From Andalucia godoyi And28 (taxonomy: Eukaryota; Protista; Jakobida), in assembly GCA_009859145.1 (NCBI GenBank), contig VRVR01000032.1:152854-216853 (forward strand): a stretch of DNA of 64,000 nucleotides, read 5' to 3'. Positions 53,435 through 63,429 of the stretch are shown here, one piece after another. How positions within the stretch are numbered: the first letter of the stretch is position 1; the number at the start of each line of letters is the position of its first letter. The notes below the pieces were generated by a model. It saw nothing but the letters and a program-made list of their open reading frames with translations. It did no database searches and had not been told where the DNA came from. The position numbers and the translations under genes are program-made.

Positions 53435-53642
53435 GGCTCGAGGCTGTTCAGGTGCTCGGCCGGATTGATCGCGACTGGAATCGTGTGGGCAACAACATTT
53501 ATCTCAAGAAGGCTGGCAAGGCGTGCTGGGGCCTACCCTCTTCCCGTCCATGGCGATATGGCCCGGGTTGCAGCATTGATCACGCATGACTAGCGATGGC
53601 CATGCATAACTCAGTGTCCAATGTGGGCACCTAAGGTGAGTG
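53435..53642 (+). mobile_element. TnpB/Fanzor2-like 3' remnant, copy B
   Basis: GSRLFRC (zinc-ribbon entry) and IDRDWN...NIYLKK (RuvC-III), followed by the core shared with copy A. Confidence 0.8.
53521..53642 (+). ncRNA. Putative omegaRNA scaffold of copy B
   Basis: CCCG...CGGG stem extended by CCATG-GCGA-TATGG, a second hairpin GCATGACTA-GCGA-TGGCCATGC, GCCTAC/GTGGGC pairing, and a terminal GAGTG shared with copy A. Confidence 0.62.
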
Positions 53643-53661
53643 CGTATAGCCCGTTAGAGTT

Positions 53662-53710
53662 TACTACTACTACTACTACTACGATTATTATTATTATTAT
53701 TATTATTACA
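53662..53710. repeat. (TAC)n-(TAT)n compound microsatellite
   Basis: Directly visible trinucleotide runs. Confidence 0.9.
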
Positions 53711-53755
53711 TCTTAAAGATCAGGAAAGGAATGGGAAGAGGGTGTGGCTGCAAGG

Positions 53756-54793
53756 CTATCCGAAGAAGCCAAGGCCGACGCAAGAAGGATAGTCGGTGAC
53801 GGAGAATGGCGCGTCCCAGATGACCTGGGCCGAGTCGATGTCCAAAGCAACGACATGGCCATCGCCGACCGGAATGAAGTTTCCTACATAGCCGTAAAAC
53901 ACACGGTTGGAAAAGTCAAAGACCATCGAATTGTGCTCAGCTCCAAAGCTATAGTTGGACAGCAAGTCTCCGACGGCGGTCAAGTTTCCAGTCTTGACAT
54001 CGACGATCGCGAGACCAATTCCGTTCCAAGACCCAAAGTCGGTGAACGAAACGACGTTACCGGTCTTTGGATCTACTCCAAGACCAAACGTTCGAACCCA
54101 CGTGCGGCCGCCCGTGTACTGCCGAGGAGCGGTCAGTGTCAGCACGCCTTCTGACACGTTTTGCGGAACATTGAATTTGAACACATAGGTGTTCACAGTC
54201 ATTGCCTGTTGGTCATAGTAGTTGGAAGTTATCAGCATAACGTCATCCACCATGGTGCAAGCCATGTCGCGCCAGACCCATCCATAAGGAATCCTGCCGT
54301 CGCGCCCCACCTGCTCGGTCACACCCGTCGAAAGATGCGTTCTGAAAATCTCGAAATACGTAGACGCGACGCCCAGCACCGCATAGATGGAGTTCGAGAC
54401 CGGATCGATGTGCGCACATTGCACGCCCAGCGGATTGAACTGCGAAATCGCGTACGAATACGCAACAGTGCCATCAAGCTTGTACCCGATCAGCCGACTG
54501 CCGCCCGGACTTGTCTGTGCAAGCGTGTACGCCCAGATGAGCGACGCCTTGTAGTCCGGCCGCATCGTCGAGACCTTTGCATTGATATACCCAACATTCG
54601 CATTGACAACCTTTGCAACAGGAGACCCCGGCCCGGACAGCGACACGTCAAAACGGCCGATGGTGCCATCACACTCGCAGCATGAGCAGGATGGATTTGA
54701 GAAGATGTTGTACAACGACACGGAGCCGGCGTTCGCCAACACAGCACTTGTACACAACAAACCCACAAGCGCAAGCAGAACCAAGCAACGCAT
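53756..54793 (-). CDS. Secreted hypothetical protein, predicted beta-propeller-like
   Basis: Signal peptide MRCLVLLALVGLLCTSAVLA, a CSCCEC motif, and beta-strand-rich repeats. Confidence 0.75.
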   Translation of the reverse strand: MRCLVLLALVGLLCTSAVLANAGSVSLYNIFSNPSCSCCECDGTIGRFDVSLSGPGSPVAKVVNANVGYINAKVSTMRPDYKASLIWAYTLAQTSPGGSRLIGYKLDGTVAYSYAISQFNPLGVQCAHIDPVSNSIYAVLGVASTYFEIFRTHLSTGVTEQVGRDGRIPYGWVWRDMACTMVDDVMLITSNYYDQQAMTVNTYVFKFNVPQNVSEGVLTLTAPRQYTGGRTWVRTFGLGVDPKTGNVVSFTDFGSWNGIGLAIVDVKTGNLTAVGDLLSNYSFGAEHNSMVFDFSNRVFYGYVGNFIPVGDGHVVALDIDSAQVIWDAPFSVTDYPSCVGLGFFG

Positions 54794-55378
54794 CTGCTCT
54801 TTCCTTTACGCCTTTTCTCTTTTTGATATTGTTTTTCCTGCTCTTGTTTTTGAAACAATGTTGCCAGAACTAACGGAAATAAATTCTGCGCACTTACGCT
54901 CGTCCAGTTTCCCTCCAGCGAATCGACCAGGCAGCGGCGGAGTGCGGACTGTCCCAGCTCGGCACCGAAGCCCTGTCGAGCGCCGAAATGCGATCTGGTT
55001 TTTCGAACTCCAAAATAGGCAGCCAACGTGTGTAAGAGCTGGACACCAAATCTGCACGAGCGGACAATACGAACCTCAAGCAAGATTCCGAATTCCCCGA
55101 TTTCCCGATTTTGGCCGTCTCGGATCCATCATCGACAGACTCAAGTTTCATTTCCCTCTGAAAAGTCCGACAACCGAATGCCCTGACGAACCCAGAGCAC
55201 GTGATTTCGTGATTTTGTGATCCATGACGCTGCAATATCCAGCATATGTTCCAGGACTCCAGCTACGCTTATTGTAGTAATTCATCATCGTACTATACAG
55301 AGTGGTTATTGAAGAAATAGAGAGGAGGAGCCGGGGAAGACGGGGAAAAAAAAATATACAAGAAGAAAAACACGTAGA

Positions 55379-55909
55379 ATGGGATGCATCGTGACCAAGT
55401 TTGCATTTTTGCCACCGACTGCAACCTATGATCACAACTTGCGAGATTTAGTATATACGAAATCTGCAAATTTCGTCATTCCAATGCAGTATGTGCGTCT
55501 TCCAGGATCGATGTATACTGTTATGTATCTTCATGGGAACGCCGAGGACATCGGTCTCGCAGGCCCGTTTGCAAGCTCGATATCGTCGTATTGCGGCGTC
55601 AGCGTTCTGGCTCCCGAGTACCCTGGCTACGGTCTTTCCGGAAAACTCCCTCCGGGCTCCAAGTCTGCACCAAGCCGGAAAGCCGTCCAGAAAGACACGG
55701 CAAATCGCGAATCGTGGTCCGACCAAAGCCTCGTCACGATCGTCCCAGGTCAGCCACAGCCCCAACCACGACAGATACAGCTACAGTTACAGTCACAACA
55801 AGAGTCGCCACAAGAGCCTCACTCGGCGTCTGAATGCGATGCAGCGCCTATGCAAATGGCAGTGCCTCCAAGAGAATCTGCGCGGAAGCGTGCTGCCTCT
55901 TCTGCCTCT

Positions 55910-55968
<59 letters not shown>

Positions 55969-56881
55969 GGTGTATGTTCCTCCAGAACGGAAATCACCGG
56001 CGATTTCAGCGAATCAGCATGCAGCGGAGGGGCAGAGGAGCGGGACTAGCAATTCAGCATCACACACCAGATCTCGATCTGCGGCGCCGCTGATCTCAAG
56101 CAAGAAATGCAAGCCGTCGCAGTCCGCAACTTTCGAAGCTGCAGAGGCTGCGTTGGCGTATCTGGTGTCGGATCTGGGGATCCCGCTGTCAAGGATTATT
56201 CTGTATGGACGGTCCCTCGGGTCTGGCCCGGCGTGCTACCTTGCGTCACGGCATGCCCTTATTGGTGGACTGATTCTGCATGCGCCGATTGAGTCTGCAA
56301 TCCGAGTGGTCGTGCCGGGGTCTGTTGCCGGATGCATGCGTCCATGTGATATCTTTGCAAACCACAGACGAGCAAAGGACATTGAGTGTCCGGTGCTTGT
56401 CATCCACGGAACCGAAGACGATATTGTGCCTTTCCAGCATGGCGTCCGACTTTCCAAGCGCATGTCCAATCCAGTCGATCCGTTGTGGTGTGAAGGCGCA
56501 AATCATAACGATGTGGAAGTTGTTTCGGGAGACTTGCTTGTCGGCAGGATCGTTCGATTCATCGACGAGGTCGATCAGCACCACCACGTTGCCAGCGATG
56601 TTGTTCTCGTCGACAACACCGCCGCTGCTATCTCCTCCACCACTACTACTGCCACCACTGTTACTGCTGCCGCTTCGGCTTTAGCTTCTGCACCACCCGC
56701 GCCACCAATGTCGATGGTTACACCGCCAACATCTCCGGAACGCCCGTCATTTGTTCGCAAGCAGTCCTACTCTTCCATCACTGCTACGCCAAACAGTGGC
56801 AGAAACAGCCCTTCGCGATCTGATCGGCCCACAGACTTTCGTCGACCCACAGATCCCCCAGTCTTACAGCGCGAGACCTAG
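55379..56881 (+). CDS. ABHD17-like alpha/beta hydrolase (depalmitoylase family)
   Basis: Motifs FAFLPP, LHGNAEDIG, GRSLGSGP (Ser), IHGTEDD (Asp) and HND (His). A Gln/Ser-rich insert splits the domain. Confidence 0.9.
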
Positions 56882-56973
56882 ATTAACCAACGAACATTAA
56901 AGCATTCCCGGTTCCTCTTGTACTGTGCGATGATTAAATAATTTATGTTCATGGTGTGCACTGGATGAAGATT

Positions 56974-57651
56974 CTAGGAAACATTTAGCGAGTCCTTGTC
57001 CCGAATACCGTTTTCTGCAAAGGTCCGCATCACATTCACAGCGCGAGGCGGCACGCCTGGGATTCTGACTGCCACTGTGCCCAGAACGTCCGCAACAACG
57101 CAATCTGCAGTGACTACCATGTCAATCGTCTTTCCATCCGCATACCGAACTCGAATGGACAACTTTGGGGGTGGCATTGCGGCTGATGCTGATGATCCTG
57201 CTGATGCTGCCGACAACTGCGTCCCGAGCGTCGAGACCTTTGAATCAATCGTATCTTGAAGTTCCGAATGAATCTGGTCGTTCCACAGCCGCAGATTTGC
57301 AATGTCGAATCCTGCGCATTCTCGCCACAGTTCGCCCGTCGTGCTCCTGAACAGCCGAACAAAAGGAAGCACCGACGGCTGCGCAAGTCTGTCCTGTGTT
57401 GTCGAACTACCAGGACTGCTGTACGCTGTCCTGAGATCGCTCGATTCAATCAGAAACACGTTCGCGACAGGCAGTATTGAATCGCGGAGATAGGACTCGT
57501 ATGGTAATGGCATCTCCACGCGCTTGGCGCACGGGTCAAGGAACCCTGGCGTCACTACCGCCTCGGTCGCAGCAGCACAGATGTGGATAACCAGAAAGTA
57601 CTGCTTGGTCGCCAATTCACGAGCCTCTGCGTACGTATGCACTTTCTGCAT
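56974..57651 (-). CDS. UBX-domain protein (UAS-like N-terminus)
   Basis: C-terminal IRVRYADG...TFAENGI ubiquitin-fold pattern and a thioredoxin-like N-terminal layout. Confidence 0.55.
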   Translation of the reverse strand: MQKVHTYAEARELATKQYFLVIHICAAATEAVVTPGFLDPCAKRVEMPLPYESYLRDSILPVANVFLIESSDLRTAYSSPGSSTTQDRLAQPSVLPFVRLFRSTTGELWRECAGFDIANLRLWNDQIHSELQDTIDSKVSTLGTQLSAASAGSSASAAMPPPKLSIRVRYADGKTIDMVVTADCVVADVLGTVAVRIPGVPPRAVNVMRTFAENGIRDKDSLNVS

Positions 57652-57872
57652 TTTTGCTTTCTTTCTCTTTCTCTTTCTCTTTCTCTTCCTCTCTCCCTCT
57701 CCCTCTCCCTCTCCCTCTCTTTCAGCTTATTCTCTTCCGCACTTCTCTGTTCGATTGGACGCAGCTCACACAATACGAGTTCTGCAAGGTGCCTGGTTCT
57801 GCAAGCAGTACGTGCTGGTTCTTTGAGTCGTTTGAGAAACGCATACAGTAGTTTCGTGCAAGAGGAATGCAA

Positions 57873-58090
57873 CCCTCCAAGCCCAATCGTCTGTGAAAAC
57901 ATCATCGGACAGTATGGCTGAAGGGGTGCAGGTCGAGGCCCAATGAGAGACTCTGTCGAATATTGACAACCGATTCCTTGTAGTCGATGATGGGCGCGGA
58001 TGCGGATTGTAAAAGCCACTTTTTACGCCAAAAACATCTTTCTGAAGCGCAGCACGCGAGCCAAATGTTTGGAGAGGTTTGGGTTGGATG
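57873..58090. repeat. Dispersed repeat relic, copy 2 (contiguous)
   Basis: Collinear similarity to the three blocks within 6074-6822. Confidence 0.85.
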
Positions 58091-58189
58091 ATAGTACCGA
58101 CAAGATGAAGGGTAGGAGACGCGCGTATTCCGTAGTGGTGCTTTTTTTACAAGAGGGGAGAAACTGTATTTATTATTAGGCAGAGATGG

Positions 58190-59446
58190 TTAGTATGGAA
58201 GAGGTGCGGTGATGCAGACGGATGCAACGAGTCCGTTTCGCATGACTTCAAAGACGATGCCGTCGAACGCATAGAACCGGGTTTCTCCAAACGGATTCCG
58301 GGCACTTGTCGTCCCGTGCACCAACGGGCGTCCACCGATGTCTGCCTCTCTCTCCCTTCCCCTGTCCTTTTCTCGATCTCGCTCTCCGTGGGGCTCCGTG
58401 TCGGACAGCAGTGTCTGCACCTTTGCCCAGGAAGCATCGCCCGGGATGACGACTCCGTGAGCCCAGAGGACCTCGAACGGGCACTTGTGGTACCGATGAA
58501 ACGCCGTGTGCATCGGCAAGTTTGCATGTGCAATGATCTTTCGCAGCACATAGCCCCCGCTCCCCGCCCCCGACGATGAAAACACAAGATCAAGACCGCG
58601 AGAATAGTAGTTGCAGACAAGATCGTGGGAGAAGACCGGCGCTCCGCGCGCGTGAATTTGCAGCTTATCAAACCCTTTCAGCAGGACATCGTCAGGCGGA
58701 CCCATGCACTGCGGCTCCACAACCTGTTGCATCCCCCATCCAAACTGCGCAACGCCTGCAATCCCCACAAACAGCCGCAGACTCCACAAAGGCGCGGTGG
58801 AGAGGTATGGAAGCGCGCCGAGGTCGTCTGGTCGCGGAAGGATCGCAAGCGACACTGCGCGCGGCGTCGTGCCATCCGGAAGTTCCAAGTCGCCGCGAAA
58901 CGACCCTGCGTACTGTGACGGAACCTCGAACACCACTTGCAGCCCAGGCCATTCCAGCACGTACGAAGCACACGTGGCCGTAGCGGCGGAAGCAGCCGAT
59001 GATGACGATGATGACGATGATGACGAGGAAAAAGAGCCGGGATAAGTGGGCCCAAGGGCGGCGTAGAGTGAGGCGAGGGTCAGAGGCGTTGCGAGAAATC
59101 GCCCGGCGTACAGAAGTCTTTGCTTTGCGGGATTGGTCACGTCGATGCGGGTTGTGCGCTGCGACCGCGGATCCACGTGCACAACGAGCCCATCACCCGG
59201 CGCATGCAGCACATACGGATGCTCCAGCGGCGCACTCGGCTCATACACAAACTCCAGCGCACTCCCACCCCCACCCCCACCCCCGCCCCCGCCCCCGCTC
59301 CCACTCCCAAGCGCAGTCGTAGTCGACAGTGGACTTGGACTCGAGATCGAGCATAGGCGCAAAAGCAACGACAGCGTCGGGTTCAGCGGCGCATGCAGAG
59401 AAATCGGACCAAGCGATACTCCCGGTCTCAGTTCAAGCTGTAACAT
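58190..59446 (-). CDS. PHAF1: PHAF1/C16orf70 (UPF0183) family protein
   Basis: Motifs FD/VDPRSQR, LYAALGPTYPG, VLEWPGL, NYYSRGLDLVF, KIIAHANLP and NPFGETRFY. Confidence 0.85.
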   Translation of the reverse strand: MLQLELRPGVSLGPISLHAPLNPTLSLLLRLCSISSPSPLSTTTALGSGSGGGGGGGGGGGSALEFVYEPSAPLEHPYVLHAPGDGLVVHVDPRSQRTTRIDVTNPAKQRLLYAGRFLATPLTLASLYAALGPTYPGSFSSSSSSSSSSSAASAATATCASYVLEWPGLQVVFEVPSQYAGSFRGDLELPDGTTPRAVSLAILPRPDDLGALPYLSTAPLWSLRLFVGIAGVAQFGWGMQQVVEPQCMGPPDDVLLKGFDKLQIHARGAPVFSHDLVCNYYSRGLDLVFSSSGAGSGGYVLRKIIAHANLPMHTAFHRYHKCPFEVLWAHGVVIPGDASWAKVQTLLSDTEPHGERDREKDRGREREADIGGRPLVHGTTSARNPFGETRFYAFDGIVFEVMRNGLVASVCITAPLPY

Positions 59447-59934
59447 ACCCAGAAGAGAAAAAAAAGAAAAAAACCCAACTACCTTGGCAGACCCTCTCTT
59501 CGTGACTCTTCTTTTGTTGCAATAATATTTTTTAAAAAGTAATAATAATACACTGATGGAGAAGCCCCCAAAGCGTCCTGAGTCGAATTAACCCTATTGA
59601 AACTTTAAAAGGGAAAACTGGCTTCAAGACGATTCGGTCTTCAAACAGCGGGCGGAAATTGCCCGATCGGAACTCTTTTGCCAAAAAAATAAATAAAATA
59701 AAAAACTGGCTGTAGACCGTAGTCGTCCTCTCGTTTCCCAACCGTTTTCTCTTGCAGCAATCCTTTCTCCTAATCACGGTTCCACAGCCAGCATCAAAAT
59801 GTCCAACAAAGCGTCAGAAGCAAAAATACAAAACAAACCAAAAGAAGAAGAAGAAGAAAAGAAAAAAAAAGCTCATAACATTAATCCTAGTCTGAGGTGA
59901 GGAAGTTCCACGTTTTTTTGCACGTTGAAAAAAA

Positions 59935-60828
59935 ATGGCAGCTGCGATTGATGGAGGGAATAGCAATAATGATGGTGGAGGTAGTAATGGTGGAGATGCA
60001 GGAGTGCTTCCGCGGCCGCCGGTTGTGAGTCGTCAGCAGCGTCCCAAGCGCACGCGTCCGCCCGTGAGCCGAGAGCCCTCGACTACGGCTGTTCCGCTCG
60101 TTGAGAAGAAGAAGAGCAGCAGTCGCGACGAGAGCAGCATGGAGGAGGAAGAGACGCCGGTGTCGACTCCTGCATCAACCCTGCCCATCCTTGCACCCAC
60201 ATTGTCTTCTCCAAGGCCAGTGCCAACGTCAGTGCCAACTGCGACTGCGAAGCCGACACCGGGCGAAGTGGCAACGGCAGTAGACGGAGAAGAACAAGAA
60301 GGAGAAGGAGCAGGCGCAGGACGGCTACAGCGGATGCTGGCTCCTGTGGTGCTTCTGCACTTCGGGATTTTAATGGTGTTTCCTGTTCTGGCGTTCGGCA
60401 CTGGACCGGAGTTTTCACAGCCATCAACGTCGACGTCAACGTCGCCATATACGTCCATGGTGGTGTATGTGGGATCGGCGCTGCTGACGGTTCTGCTGGC
60501 CTTTGTGGCTTTCGCGTCGCGGTCCCGCCGGACTTGCATCGTCGACATTGTTGCTACAGCGGCTGTGCTCTCGTTTCACATTGTGATTGTGAGCATGCTG
60601 ATGGCCAACGACCCCGATCTGTCCTCCTCCGCAAGCGACGCAGAGTTTGAACTGCCTTCCTCGTCTGCTTCCAGTCGACTCGTGCTGGTCGACGGGTATG
60701 CTGCGCTTGGCGTCGTCTGGGCCGAAATCGCCCTCTTGGGTGTCCATGTCTGCCTCTCCACTGCACATATGCTGGGCCCCCGCACCACCCCGTCTTTCAA
60801 ACGAGTTGCATTCTCTCAAGTTGTCTAG
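59935..60828 (+). CDS. Hypothetical membrane protein (about four TM helices)
   Basis: Low-complexity N-terminus followed by four hydrophobic segments. Confidence 0.65.
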   Translation: MAAAIDGGNSNNDGGGSNGGDAGVLPRPPVVSRQQRPKRTRPPVSREPSTTAVPLVEKKKSSSRDESSMEEEETPVSTPASTLPILAPTLSSPRPVPTSVPTATAKPTPGEVATAVDGEEQEGEGAGAGRLQRMLAPVVLLHFGILMVFPVLAFGTGPEFSQPSTSTSTSPYTSMVVYVGSALLTVLLAFVAFASRSRRTCIVDIVATAAVLSFHIVIVSMLMANDPDLSSSASDAEFELPSSSASSRLVLVDGYAALGVVWAEIALLGVHVCLSTAHMLGPRTTPSFKRVAFSQVV

Positions 60829-60987
60829 TCATCAGTGTCAGTATCAGCGGCTTCGTGGGCGCATTGCTTCTTCTACCTTTTCTTTTTCTTCTTTGCTTTT
60901 TTACTTTTTTAATATTTGTACATAGTATGATTGTCGTTGCTGATGCTGATGCTGATGCCACTGTTGTTGGATGGCAGCGAATAAAAA

Positions 60988-61347
60988 TTAGACAGATGCC
61001 AGGACGCACAAAGGGTTTGCAAAAGAGTCTGCGACTGAGCTTGCGGGCTCCACAGTGGACGGACCAATGTCGATGTTGACGCCGTACGTGCAAGTCTCGA
61101 TGCGCAGGACAAGGACAGCAAGATTCTTGAGTCCAAGATCGCGGACAGGGATCGAGACGTTCAGCGCACGCACTACTCTCCCGTCGATGCGCTCTCGAAG
61201 CGAAAACAACTGCGACTTTGATATCCCAAAGTGGTCGCGCAGTCGCGGGAAAACATGTGTGAGACCATGCGAATCATCCGGAATCTCAACGAGTATCGGC
61301 CTCGTCGTCGCCGTCGAATGCTCCAGCACAAACTTGAACACTTTCAT
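60988..61347 (-). CDS. Small hypothetical protein, possibly a ubiquitin-like/beta-grasp fold
   Basis: The ATG after the (GA)n tract gives 119 aa with an alternating-strand N-terminus (KVFKFVL...ILVEI) and a helix (RLRDHFGI). Confidence 0.5.
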   Translation of the reverse strand: MKVFKFVLEHSTATTRPILVEIPDDSHGLTHVFPRLRDHFGISKSQLFSLRERIDGRVVRALNVSIPVRDLGLKNLAVLVLRIETCTYGVNIDIGPSTVEPASSVADSFANPLCVLASV

Positions 61348-61377
61348 GCTCTTCAGCGTCCACGGCGTTCCCTTTTG

Positions 61378-61380
<3 letters not shown>

Positions 61381-61460
<80 letters not shown>
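61381..61460. repeat. (CT)n microsatellite
   Basis: Nearly perfect CT run. Confidence 0.95.
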
Positions 61461-61464
<4 letters not shown>

Positions 61465-61795
61465 GCTTCTTTCCTTGCTTCCTTGCTTCCTTCCTTTCTT
61501 CCTTTCTTTATTTATTTCCCCTCTTCTCAACTCTTTTCACGATAACGATAATCCAGCAGCAACGCGCCAAGGTGGACGAGACAAAGGGTCGGGAAAGAAA
61601 AGGAGAAACGGGCTGGGAGAAGATTCAGAGTGAGAAACACCAGAAAGTGAAAACTCCGCCAGTCGATGTCTTTCCGAGTTTTCCCGAGTTTCCGAGTTCC
61701 CGAAAGGAAAAAATAAAAGGAAGCTGTCAAAGAAACAGACATGACGTGGAAGCAGACCAAAAGGAGTGCGGCAAAAGGTGATGGACAAGCCAAGG

Positions 61796-63157
61796 TCATC
61801 CGACAAGGAAACGTCTTCCCCGTCTGGCCATCCAGAAGAATGTGTTCCGATCGCGGCCTTCCGCCCAGTCGACGATCGGTGAGTAACCGAGTTCCTTGCA
61901 CACTCGATCCTGCGAAAACCAGTGCTCGACGCCAATTTTCAAAACTTCATGTCGAGTAAGCAGCGGAGTCATGTTCAGCCTGCGACAAATGTGCTCCATG
62001 CACAGGCCGCCGAAATAGGCGACAGAGACCGGAATTCGCGACCAGGAAGGGGGAAACGAATGCCCGCATGCTAGCGTAACCGGTTTAAAGAAGGAGAAAT
62101 TGTTATCTGGATGCGACTCGGACACAAAGTACGCATTCCAGCTGCTTTTCTTACTGCCATTGTTGGTCCTGCGGGAAAACAAGTGGCAAATCGCAAGCGC
62201 GTGTGCGTGTGCAAGGTTGTCAACGTGTACAAACTCGCACTTTGCATCCGGACTCCCAACAAGAAACTTGAACACACCGCGCTCAACGGTATCCAGGAAT
62301 CTCGCAAAGTGACGCTCTTCGCCTTCTCCGTAAATGCCAGCAGACCGCAAGCAGATCACGTTGAACAGTGCGCTGTTCTCGCAATGCGTATCGCAGCCGT
62401 TCTCCGCTGTCGGGTACGGCCACGAATCGCATTCAAGCTGCCAAGACTCGGCGACGTGCGCACAGGCGGCAATCGAAGTCCATTGATTTGCAAGATTTCG
62501 CATCCGCTGGACGATATCGCGTGGTTGCTGACCGGTCTTTGCCTCGTTGGCAACCTTCCAGAGCAGCACCTCGGCAATTGTCTTTGTGCGTGAGTACGGA
62601 TCGAGAGGCGATTCCTTCCCGATGCAGTTCCATTTCCCAAAGTCGTCTCCCGCAATGGCGCTGGAGTGAAACACGACATTCGTAGTTGACGTGTACACCA
62701 GCGGGATTTCCCGAAGTAAACACTCATTTGCAATATGCAACGTTCCCAGCACATTCACACGGAGTATGCGATTCTCATCAAACTGCTCGCGCCCGCTCAT
62801 TCCAAACGACGCAATATGGATCACAGCAACCTTGTCAAACGCGCTCCTGCTCGGCGCCGAGGAGAAAAACCGCGATACGTCCTCTGCAGACGCAATGCTT
62901 CCCACATGCAACGAAATGCGCCCCTTTTCCAGCAAGGACGAGAACTCATCGTCGTACGCGAGCGTCGGACGCCTCAGCTTCGATGCGTCATACGCACCAA
63001 TGTCAAGCAAATGAACACGCGCGCCACTACGAGCAAGAAACACAGACAGTCGGCGACCCAGAAACCCAAGACCCCCCGTCACCAATACCAGCGAGTCCGC
63101 AACTGCATACCGCGGAATCTCCGGAACCGTCCGGAACACATCACACGGCGAATACAT
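61796..63157 (-). CDS. Extended SDR, 3-beta-hydroxysteroid dehydrogenase family (SDR42E1-like)
   Basis: Motifs VLVTGGLGFLG, VIHIASFGMSGREQ, YTST, YSRTK (YxxxK) and GIYGEGEERH. Confidence 0.88.
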   Translation of the reverse strand: MYSPCDVFRTVPEIPRYAVADSLVLVTGGLGFLGRRLSVFLARSGARVHLLDIGAYDASKLRRPTLAYDDEFSSLLEKGRISLHVGSIASAEDVSRFFSSAPSRSAFDKVAVIHIASFGMSGREQFDENRILRVNVLGTLHIANECLLREIPLVYTSTTNVVFHSSAIAGDDFGKWNCIGKESPLDPYSRTKTIAEVLLWKVANEAKTGQQPRDIVQRMRNLANQWTSIAACAHVAESWQLECDSWPYPTAENGCDTHCENSALFNVICLRSAGIYGEGEERHFARFLDTVERGVFKFLVGSPDAKCEFVHVDNLAHAHALAICHLFSRRTNNGSKKSSWNAYFVSESHPDNNFSFFKPVTLACGHSFPPSWSRIPVSVAYFGGLCMEHICRRLNMTPLLTRHEVLKIGVEHWFSQDRVCKELGYSPIVDWAEGRDRNTFFWMARRGRRFLVG

Positions 63158-63429
63158 CAGCTTTTTCTTTTCCAATCCCGTCTTTCTACCTACCCCTCCC
63201 CCTATATGCTCAACTACTCTAACTGCTAAAGAAGAAACAACAACAAGAAAAATGCGCACAAATAACAATCTGGCGTTGAAAATCGTCGAGCGTCGACTCA
63301 GCGGCTGTATTACGAATAATTTTTAGAAAAAAGCAGAGCCTTTTAATTAGTAGGTAGATGCTGTGAGAATGTGCAGTATATGTAGTATTTGGGTGTAGAT
63401 TAGTAAATGAGTGGGTGGCATGAGATGAT

